From NCBI GenBank assembly GCA_039805565.1, contig JBDLTZ010000100.1, positions 3,487-67,486 of the forward strand: a stretch of 64,000 nt of DNA, given 5' to 3'. The translations under genes were made by a program, and so were the position numbers. Shown piece after piece: positions 1 through 7,347 of the stretch (within the stretch, counting starts at the first letter, position 1; each line of letters begins with the position of its first letter). The notes beneath the pieces are model-generated. The model ran no database searches, was not told the DNA's origin, and saw only the letters and a list, made by a program, of their open reading frames with translations. This DNA is from Chloroflexota bacterium. Its GTDB lineage: Bacteria; Chloroflexota; Chloroflexia; Chloroflexales; Roseiflexaceae.

Positions 1-1
1 G

Positions 2-559
2 AACGCCGGCACGATGGAGTTCCTGCTCGACCCCAACGGGAACTACTACTTCATCGAGATGAACACCCGCATCCAGGTCGAGCACCCGGTCACCGAGATG
101 GTCACCGGGCTGGACCTGGTGAAGTGGCAGCTGCGGATCGCGGCGGGCGAGCCGCTGACTGTGCAGCAGAGCGACGTGGTGCTGCGCGGGCACGCGATCG
201 AGGCGCGCATCAACGCCGAGGACCCCGAGCGGGACTTCATGCCGGCCTCGGGCGAGGTGGAGTACTACCTGCCCCCCGGCGGCCCCGGCGTGCGCGTCGA
301 GTCACACCTGTACTCGGGCTACACGCCCCCCGGAGCCTACGACTCGCTGCTGGCCAAGCTGATCTGCTGGGGCCAGGACCGCGACGAGGCGCTGGGGCGC
401 ATGCGGCGCGCGCTCCAGGAGTACGTGATCACCGGCATCAAGACGAGCATCCCGTTCACGCAGATCATGCTGGACGACGCGCCGTTCCGTGAGGGGAACA
501 TCTCCACCCGCTACGTGCCCGAGCTGGTCCACCGGATCAAGGCGAGCAAGCTCGAGTAG
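2..559 (+). CDS. accC: Biotin carboxylase subunit of acetyl-CoA carboxylase, C-terminal part (5' end outside the window)
   Basis: The frame of ORF 14..559 stays open to the window edge. The translation (EFLLDPNGNYYFIEMNTRIQVEHPVTE ... RINAEDP ... LAKLICWG) is the conserved ATP-grasp/C-terminal region of biotin carboxylases. Confidence 0.9.
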   Translation, partial: NAGTMEFLLDPNGNYYFIEMNTRIQVEHPVTEMVTGLDLVKWQLRIAAGEPLTVQQSDVVLRGHAIEARINAEDPERDFMPASGEVEYYLPPGGPGVRVESHLYSGYTPPGAYDSLLAKLICWGQDRDEALGRMRRALQEYVITGIKTSIPFTQIMLDDAPFREGNISTRYVPELVHRIKASKLE

Positions 560-721
560 GCGCTCCGGCCGCGCGCCTCCGCCGGCTGAGGGGGTGCGCG
601 CGGCGCGGGGCGATCCGTGCGAGCTGATGTGCATCCGAAACGATCCGAGATCGGTAGAACCAGGAGTACATCAACGCGCGTGGCCTCGCCCCGCGCCACC
701 AGCCAGAGAAGAGCGTCACTC

Positions 722-2266
722 ATGCCCAAGCAGATCGCCCCCGACGTCCAGTGGTCCCTCCTGCTCACACACGCCCGCGCGACCGTCCCCGAGGCCTTCG
801 GCTCCGACGGCCAGCCGCTCAACCTGATCGCGGGCGACTGGGGACACCCCGGCCACCGCAAGCCCTTCCTCTCCCCGGTGGACGGCACCCCACTCTCCGC
901 CTACCCGATGATCGACCTGGAGACCGCGCGCCACGCGGTGCAGTTCGCGGCCTCTGAGCACGCGGCCTGGGCAGCGACCGACCTCGACGAGCGCCGGCGG
1001 CGCGTGTCGGACTGCCTGGCGCTGCTGGCTGAGCACCGCGAGCTGATCGGCCGCCTGCTGATCTGGGAGATCGGCAAGCCCTACGCTCAGGCCATGACCG
1101 ACGTGGACCGCTGCATCAGCGGCGTCGAGTGGTACGTGCAGGAGATCGAGCCGATGATGCGCGGCCGCACGCCCCTCGGCCTGATCTCGAACATCGCCTC
1201 CTGGAACTACCCACTCTCGGTGCTGGTCCACGCCGTGCTGGTACAGTGTCTGGCCGGTAACCCGGTGATCGCCAAGACCCCGAGCGACGGCGGCCTGGTG
1301 GCGCTCACGGTCTCCATGGCCCTGGCGCGGCGCTGCGGCCTGCCGGTGTCGCTAGTGAGTGGCTCGGGCGGGGCGCTCTCCGAGGCGCTGGTGCGCGGGC
1401 CCGATGTGGCCTGCCTGGCCTTCGTGGGCGGCAAGAGCAACGGGCGCGATATCGCGGCGAGCCTGTACGACCGCGAGAAGCGCTACATGCTGGAGATGGA
1501 GGGCGTGAACGCCTACGGGATCTGGCAGTTCAGCGACTGGGACGGGCTGGCGAAGCAGATCAAGAAGGGCTTCGACTACGGCAAGCAGCGCTGCACGGCC
1601 TACATCCGCTTCGTGGTGCAGCGGCAGCTCTTCCCGCAGTTCCTCGAGATGTACCTGCCGGTGCTCAAGAGCCTGCGCTACGGCAACCCGACGCTGGTGG
1701 ACGAGCCGGGCCAGCCGCTGCCGACGCTCGACTTCGGGCCGGTGATCAACGCCAAAAAGGTCGAAGAGCTGCGGGTGATGTACTCCGAGGCAGTGGGGGC
1801 GGGTGCGGTCAGCCTGTACGAGGGCCGCCTGGATGAAGCGCTGGTGCTGCCGAACCAGGACGTTTCGGCCTACATGCCGCCCGCCGCACTGCTGAACGTG
1901 CCGCGCAACTGCCGGCTGCACCACAACGAGCCGTTCGGGCCGATCGATACGATCGTGGTGGTGGACCGCATCGAGGAGCTCGTCAGCGAGATGAACATCT
2001 CGAACGGGTCGCTGGTGGCCTCGGTGGCCTGCGACAGCGACCGTCTGGGGCAGCAGATCGCCTCGGAGCTGCGCGCGTTCAAGGTGGGGGTCAACGGGGT
2101 GCGCTCGCGCGGCGACCGCGAGGAGATCTTCGGCGGCATCGGGGCCTCGTGGCGCGGCTGCTTCGTGGGCGGCAAGTACCTGGTGGATGCGGTCACGGTG
2201 GGGGCGCCCGGCGAGCGGCTGCACGGGAACTTCCCTGACTACACGCTGCTGCCGGAGCGGCGGTAG
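722..2266 (+). CDS. Aldehyde dehydrogenase family protein
   Basis: ORF 617..2266. The internal ATG at 722 (MPKQIAPD) is preferred because the 35 upstream codons are Arg/Ser-rich with no family resemblance. ALDH-like catalytic regions are present: LEMEGVNA (Glu) and GKQRCTA (Cys). Confidence 0.8.
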   Translation: MPKQIAPDVQWSLLLTHARATVPEAFGSDGQPLNLIAGDWGHPGHRKPFLSPVDGTPLSAYPMIDLETARHAVQFAASEHAAWAATDLDERRRRVSDCLALLAEHRELIGRLLIWEIGKPYAQAMTDVDRCISGVEWYVQEIEPMMRGRTPLGLISNIASWNYPLSVLVHAVLVQCLAGNPVIAKTPSDGGLVALTVSMALARRCGLPVSLVSGSGGALSEALVRGPDVACLAFVGGKSNGRDIAASLYDREKRYMLEMEGVNAYGIWQFSDWDGLAKQIKKGFDYGKQRCTAYIRFVVQRQLFPQFLEMYLPVLKSLRYGNPTLVDEPGQPLPTLDFGPVINAKKVEELRVMYSEAVGAGAVSLYEGRLDEALVLPNQDVSAYMPPAALLNVPRNCRLHHNEPFGPIDTIVVVDRIEELVSEMNISNGSLVASVACDSDRLGQQIASELRAFKVGVNGVRSRGDREEIFGGIGASWRGCFVGGKYLVDAVTVGAPGERLHGNFPDYTLLPERR

Positions 2267-2270
2267 GGGG

Positions 2271-2340
2271 TGCGCTGAGCGACGTCCTTGGCCGCTGCGC
2301 GGCGTCTTTGGTCGCTGCGCGGCGTCTTTGGCCGCTGCGC
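2271..2340. repeat. Tandem ~20-bp repeat (TGCGCGGCGTCTTTGGYCGC, about 3 units, first degenerate), starting just after the ALDH stop
   Basis: Direct reading: tgcgcggcgtctttggtcgc / tgcgcggcgtctttggccgc, preceded by a degenerate copy. It is followed by the palindrome gcaggggg-N10-ccccctgc at 2351-2376. Confidence 0.8.
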
Positions 2341-2555
2341 GCGGCCGGCGGCAGGGGGCGGGCCGCTGCCCCCTGCACCCCCCGGCCGGGGCCGTTGGCC
2401 CCTGGACCCCAAAGGGGAGCAGTACGAGACCGATATCGGCCGGCACGATAGATGAGCTCGCTGGGGCAGAAGATCTGCTTCTGCTACGACTGGGCAAGCT
2501 CGGATGGGGCACGCCGTAGCCAGTGCGGGAATTGCTGGTCGTCGGTCTGGTAGAG

Positions 2556-2705
2556 CCTCCCTTGCGGGGGAGGTCGGGAGGGGGCGCAAGCGCCCCTCCG
2601 GCGGGGAGGAGCGCGAGGAGGGCCGGAGCCCTCACTCGCCCACACGCACATCGCCTGCTGAAGGCGTAGCTGAGGAGCGCGAGGAGGGCCGCAGCCCTCC
2701 CTCGC
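2556..2705. repeat. Cluster of GC-rich hairpins, including two copies of a REP-like unit (GAGGAGCGCGAGGAGGGCCG..GCCCTC.CTCGC)
   Basis: Inverted repeats at 2556-2573, 2577-2599, 2613-2639 and 2679-2705. The direct repeat gaggagcgcgaggagggccg occurs at 2606-2625 and 2672-2691. Confidence 0.7.
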
Positions 2706-2731
2706 GCACAGCAGACCAAAGGAGAACGCCT

Positions 2732-3730
2732 ATGGCAGCCCAGCTGCCGCCCACATTCCGGGCCCTCGTCGTAGACCAGCGCGACGGGGCGTATGGCGCC
2801 GAGATCACAGATGTACCGACTGAGGCGCTACCCGCCGGCGACGTGCTCGTGTCCGTCGCCTTCTCCAGCCTCAACTACAAGGACGGCCTGTGCGTCACCG
2901 GGAAAGGTAAAGTGGCGCGCTCCCTGCCGATGATCCCCGGGATCGACCTGGCCGGCACCGTGATCGAGTCGAAGTCCCCGCTGTACCGACCCGGCAACGC
3001 GGTGCTGGTCACTGGCTGGGGCATCGGCGAGCGCCACTGGGGCGGCTACGCCACCCTCGCCCGCGTGCGCCCGGAGTGGCTCGTGCCTCTGCCGGACGGG
3101 CTGAGTCTGAGACAGGCCATGGGGATGGGGACGGCCGGCTTCACGGCGGCCCTGGCGGTCATGGCCCTCGAGGACGCCGGCGTCCGACCCGGCGAGCGCG
3201 AGGTGCTCGTCACCGGGGCCACCGGCGGCGTCGGGAGCGTGGCCGTGGCCATGCTCGCGCGCCTCGGCTACAACGTCACCGCCTCCACGGGGCGCCCCGA
3301 GCACCACGCGTACCTACGGTCCCTCGGCGCGCAGCAGATCGTGGACCGCGCCGAGCTCACGCAGCCCGGCCGCCCGCTGGAGAGTGAGCGATGGGCCGGC
3401 GCCGTGGACACCGTAGGCGGTGATACGCTGGCAGGTATCATCCGATCGGCGGCCTACTACGGCACGATCGCCGCCTGCGGCAACGCCGGGGGCGCGGCGC
3501 TCAGCACCACCGTTTTCCCCTTTATCCTGCGGGGGGTGCGCCTGATTGGGATCGAGTCCGTGATGTGCCCGGCCGAGCGCCGCCGCGCGGCATGGAGCCG
3601 CCTTGCCCGCGACCTGCCGCGCGATCTCCTCGACAACATGATCCAATCCGTACGGCTGGAGGATGTGCCGCGCGTCAGCGAGGAGATCGTCGCCGGGCAG
3701 GTGCGCGGCCGCATCGTCGTCGAGCTGTAG
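2732..3730 (+). CDS. YhdH/AcuI-type NADPH:quinone (acrylyl-CoA) oxidoreductase, MDR superfamily
   Basis: ORF 2504..3730. The ATG at 2732 is preceded by AAAGGAG, and the upstream part of the ORF runs through the hairpin/repeat cluster. The protein has FSSLNYKDGLC and the VTGATGGVGS Rossmann motif, and its length (332 aa) is typical of the family. Confidence 0.8.
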   Translation: MAAQLPPTFRALVVDQRDGAYGAEITDVPTEALPAGDVLVSVAFSSLNYKDGLCVTGKGKVARSLPMIPGIDLAGTVIESKSPLYRPGNAVLVTGWGIGERHWGGYATLARVRPEWLVPLPDGLSLRQAMGMGTAGFTAALAVMALEDAGVRPGEREVLVTGATGGVGSVAVAMLARLGYNVTASTGRPEHHAYLRSLGAQQIVDRAELTQPGRPLESERWAGAVDTVGGDTLAGIIRSAAYYGTIAACGNAGGAALSTTVFPFILRGVRLIGIESVMCPAERRRAAWSRLARDLPRDLLDNMIQSVRLEDVPRVSEEIVAGQVRGRIVVEL

Positions 3731-3732
3731 GG

Positions 3733-6700
3733 CTACGGGCAGGTCTCGCGGTAGCGGACGCCCGGCAGGTAGCGCTCCCACTCCGCGGCGGTCATGCTCC
3801 GCCCGGCCACCGCGCACGCGAGCCCAAGCAGCTCCCCCTGGTCGGCCGGGAGCTGCGCCTCCTGCGGCAGCGGGCGGGCCAGCTCCCACACGCGCGCCGT
3901 GCCGTCGCCGCTGCCGGTGACCGCCACCGGGCTACCCTCGGCGCTGATCGCCGCCGCGTTCACCGACCCCTCGTGGCCGCGCAGCAGGAGCGCCTGAGTC
4001 CCGGGGTCCTGCAGCGAGAGATCCCACAGCCGCGCCGTGTTGTCCTGGCTGGCGGTGAGCAGCCGGAGGCTGTCCGGCGCGAAGGCCAGCGCGGTGATTG
4101 CCCCGGTGTGACCGCGCAGCTCAGAGACCGCTGCGGCACTCTGGCCCCCCTCGACCTGCCACAGCCGCACCGTACCGTCGCGGGTGCCGTAGGCGATCCG
4201 GCTGCTGTCCGGGCTCACCGCCACCGTTGTGATGCCGTTGCCGCGCCCGCGCAGGATCTCCGGCCTGGTGCTGACGAAGCGGCCGTCGGCAATCTGCCAC
4301 AGGTGCGCATCACCGTCCACGCTGCCAGTTACGAACCAGCGCCCGTTCGGCGCGATCGCCGCCGTGGTCAGAGCGCCGCGCGGGTCGCTTGTGGTGAACG
4401 CACTGCCGGGATCGCTCAGGCGCCACAGCCGGCTCACCCCATCCGCTCCACCAGCCACGATCTGCTGTCCATCTGCACTCAGGGCTACCGCGCGCAGCGG
4501 GCTACGCCTGGAGCGCGGAGCCAGCACAGCCGGCGCGGCCGTGCCCTGGGTGCTCCAGACGCGCACGGTGCCGTCCTCGCTGGAGGTGGCTACGAAGCGG
4601 CCGTCGGCGCTCATGTCCATGTCCGTCACCGCGCCTCCGTGACCCGTGAGCTCGCGCGGCGCGGCCCCCGCGCCACGCAGGTCCCACAGGCGCGGAGTAT
4701 CAGCATCCTCGCCCGCGGTGGCCAGCCAGCGGCCGTCAGGACTCAGCTCCAACATTGTCACGGGGGCTGGGGCCGAGAGGCTCTGGCTGGGGGCGCCCGA
4801 CGCGGCAAGGTCCCACACCAGCACCGCCCCGTCCTCGGCCCCCGTCACCAGGGTGGCGCCATCACGCGAGACGGCGAGCGCCCGAATGGGGCCACTTGGC
4901 GCCACCAGGCCCTGCCCGCCAACGCGCGCAAGCTGGCCGCGCAGGGTGTCGTCGGCGATCGTGTCGAGCGGTGGGTCGGTCTGGCGGGCCACGTTGACCC
5001 CCTCGGAGGCCAGGAGCAGGCTGAGCTGCGGCTGCTGCTCAAAGACCGCCTGGGCCTCGGCGGCGAGCCGGCCGGAGGTGGCGGCGCGCTCGCCCTGGGT
5101 AGCGCGTGCGCGCTCGGCGACCGCCGTCGCCTGGTTGGCGATCGCCAGGGCCTCGCTGGTGGCGGCGGCGCGGGCGCTCTCACGGGAGCCAGCCTCGGCC
5201 GTCTGCAGCTCGACCGACTGCGCCTGGCTGGTCTGGGCGGCGGCCACGGCCGTGAACTGGGCCTCCGACGCCGCGGCGCGCTCGCGGTCGGCCACCTGGC
5301 GCTGCTGGTCCGCGGTGAAGGCCTGCTGGATCGCCAGGATCGAGAAGGCGATCGCCACGCCGCAGGCCACAGCCAGCGCCACAGCCAGAGCTCTGGCGCG
5401 TAGGGCCGCCCCGCGCTGGGTATCAGCCAGCTTCTCGGCCTGCTCGGCCTGGACCTGCGCGGCCCGGGCGAGCTGCTCGGCCTGGGCCTTCTGCACGCTC
5501 AGCGCCTCTGCCAGCTGGCGGTTCTGCTCGGCCTGGATCCAGCGTGACTCGGCCAGCTCCCGGGCCTGGCGCAGCTCACGCTGCTCGGCCTCGCGCCGCT
5601 GCCGCTCGGCCTCCTCGATGGCGGCGGCGCTCGCGTGCGTCAGCTCCGCCAGGGCCGGGGCATATCCCAGGTAGGCAGCCTCGGCGCTCACCAACCAGCG
5701 CTCAGCCTCCACGAGCTGGCTCTCGTCCAGCAGCCCCGCGCTGCCCCGCCCGAGCCGCACCCACTCGGCGGCCTTCGCCTCCAGCCGCCGCCTGGTCGCC
5801 ACGGCTGAGCGCTCGTCCTCCAGCCACTGCACCAGCGTCGGCCAGTTCCGCACCAGCGCCTCGTGCGCCAGCTCCACCTGAGCCAACGAGAGCGTGTCGC
5901 CCTCGGTCAGGCGCAGCAGCCGCGCCTGGACAAGCTTCTCCAGCACGCGGTCCACCCGGTCGCGCGCCTCGCCCCCCTGGTAGAGCACATCGCGGCGCAC
6001 AGGGTTGCTGGTGATCTCGAGGCCCTCGCCAGGACGCACGATCCGCAGCAGGATGCGGCGCGCAGTGACCTGGTCCTCGGGCAACAGGCTGTTGTAGAAA
6101 GCGTCGGCACTGCGCGCGAGGGCCAGCCGCCCGCCGCCCACGCGCCGGTAGGATTCCCAGGTGACGCGGTTGCGGTCGCGCTGCTCCCAGAGCTTGAGCA
6201 GGGTGAACTGGAGCAGCGGCAGCGCGGCCGGCTCGCCGAGCATGTCGTGCAGCAGGGCATCTACCACGCCCGGCTCGAACTTCAGGCCCACGAGCTCGGC
6301 CGGCTTCTCGATCGCCTCGCGCAGTTCGCTGGCGTTGAGCGGCATGAGCTGGACGCGGGTCCGCTCGAACCAGGCCTGGAGCGCCGGCGAGGTAGCGATG
6401 AAGCTCTCGAAGTCGCTCCGCATCGTGAGGACGATGAGGTGACGCGAGCCGTTCGGCTCCAGCAGCGCGAGCAGCCCATCCACGAAGGCCTGGCGAGCGC
6501 CCTCGTCCTCGCAGAGCGTGTAGAGCTCCTCGAACTGGTCGATGAACAGCACTGCCGGGGCGCCGCCGGTCTCGTCGAGCGCCCGCAGGAGCCAGGCCGG
6601 GTCCTCGCGCAGCCGGCGGGCGATGGCGGCGCTCTCCTCGGCAGGCTGGGACGAGGCCGCCGGGCTGGGGCTCTCGGCAGGCAGTCGGATCCCGAGCCGG

Positions 6701-7329
6701 CGCCGGAGCTGGCGGGCGAGGCTAAGGAGCGGCTCGGGTCCGGGGGTAAACGGCGGGACGTAGCGCCACTCGGCGCTTCCGAGCAGGGCGCCGTCCTTGA
6801 GCGCGGGGAGCAGACCGGCACGGATGACGGAGGACTTACCGCTACCCGAGGGCCCGACGAGCGCAAGCAGCGGCTGAGACTCGAGCTTCTGTACCAGCCA
6901 CTCGACCAGGCGGCGTCGGCCGTAGAAGGTATTCTGGTCGCGCTCGTTGAACGGGTCGAGCCCGAGGTAGGGGCAGGCATCGTCCGGGATCTCGGGCGCC
7001 TCGTTGGGGTCGAACTCCTCGAGCGTTGAGTCGGGCGGCTCGTAGCCGGCGCGGATCAGAATCGTGGACCAGTAGTCGAGCAGGCTCTGCGCCGCATCGC
7101 GCTCGCTGTCGTCGTCCAGGATAGCGCCCGCGGCCGTCCCGCGCTTGATCAAGTCCGCCGCGCGGGCGCAGAGCTCGGGCGTGTACCCCTCGCGCTGCGC
7201 CCGCTTCAGCAGGTCGGCGTGTGCGGCGCGCAGCGCGGCCAGCGAGGGGAATGGGTGCGGGGCAGCTCCGGCGGCTGGCTCCGCAGCCGATAGGCCGAGC
7301 GGTGGGACAGATCTATCGGTCTCGCTCAT
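3733..7329 (-). CDS. STAND-type P-loop NTPase with coiled coil, single TM helix and C-terminal WD40 beta-propeller (8 repeats)
   Basis: Walker A GPSGSGKSS lies at aa 159-167 (nt about 6829-6855) and the Walker B-like VLFIDQFEE at aa 260-268. An Ala/Gln/Glu-rich coiled coil spans aa 570-760, interrupted by the hydrophobic stretch ALAVALAVACGVAIAFSILAI (nt 5329-5391). Eight repeats ending in WD/WS/WR/WQ/WE span aa 812-1150. The C-terminal tail reads AAEWERYLPGVRYRETCP. The ATG at 7329 lies 18 nt after the CHAT gene stop, with GAGAGG upstream. Confidence 0.85.
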   Translation of the reverse strand: MSETDRSVPPLGLSAAEPAAGAAPHPFPSLAALRAAHADLLKRAQREGYTPELCARAADLIKRGTAAGAILDDDSERDAAQSLLDYWSTILIRAGYEPPDSTLEEFDPNEAPEIPDDACPYLGLDPFNERDQNTFYGRRRLVEWLVQKLESQPLLALVGPSGSGKSSVIRAGLLPALKDGALLGSAEWRYVPPFTPGPEPLLSLARQLRRRLGIRLPAESPSPAASSQPAEESAAIARRLREDPAWLLRALDETGGAPAVLFIDQFEELYTLCEDEGARQAFVDGLLALLEPNGSRHLIVLTMRSDFESFIATSPALQAWFERTRVQLMPLNASELREAIEKPAELVGLKFEPGVVDALLHDMLGEPAALPLLQFTLLKLWEQRDRNRVTWESYRRVGGGRLALARSADAFYNSLLPEDQVTARRILLRIVRPGEGLEITSNPVRRDVLYQGGEARDRVDRVLEKLVQARLLRLTEGDTLSLAQVELAHEALVRNWPTLVQWLEDERSAVATRRRLEAKAAEWVRLGRGSAGLLDESQLVEAERWLVSAEAAYLGYAPALAELTHASAAAIEEAERQRREAEQRELRQARELAESRWIQAEQNRQLAEALSVQKAQAEQLARAAQVQAEQAEKLADTQRGAALRARALAVALAVACGVAIAFSILAIQQAFTADQQRQVADRERAAASEAQFTAVAAAQTSQAQSVELQTAEAGSRESARAAATSEALAIANQATAVAERARATQGERAATSGRLAAEAQAVFEQQPQLSLLLASEGVNVARQTDPPLDTIADDTLRGQLARVGGQGLVAPSGPIRALAVSRDGATLVTGAEDGAVLVWDLAASGAPSQSLSAPAPVTMLELSPDGRWLATAGEDADTPRLWDLRGAGAAPRELTGHGGAVTDMDMSADGRFVATSSEDGTVRVWSTQGTAAPAVLAPRSRRSPLRAVALSADGQQIVAGGADGVSRLWRLSDPGSAFTTSDPRGALTTAAIAPNGRWFVTGSVDGDAHLWQIADGRFVSTRPEILRGRGNGITTVAVSPDSSRIAYGTRDGTVRLWQVEGGQSAAAVSELRGHTGAITALAFAPDSLRLLTASQDNTARLWDLSLQDPGTQALLLRGHEGSVNAAAISAEGSPVAVTGSGDGTARVWELARPLPQEAQLPADQGELLGLACAVAGRSMTAAEWERYLPGVRYRETCP

Positions 7330-7347
7330 CGGCAGAGCCTCTCGCTG

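Noticed and set aside
1352-2719. A 455-aa minus-strand ORF spanning the ALDH gene and the repeat spacer.
   Set aside because: It is antisense to a clear ALDH and continues through tandem repeats and hairpins. No motifs are present.
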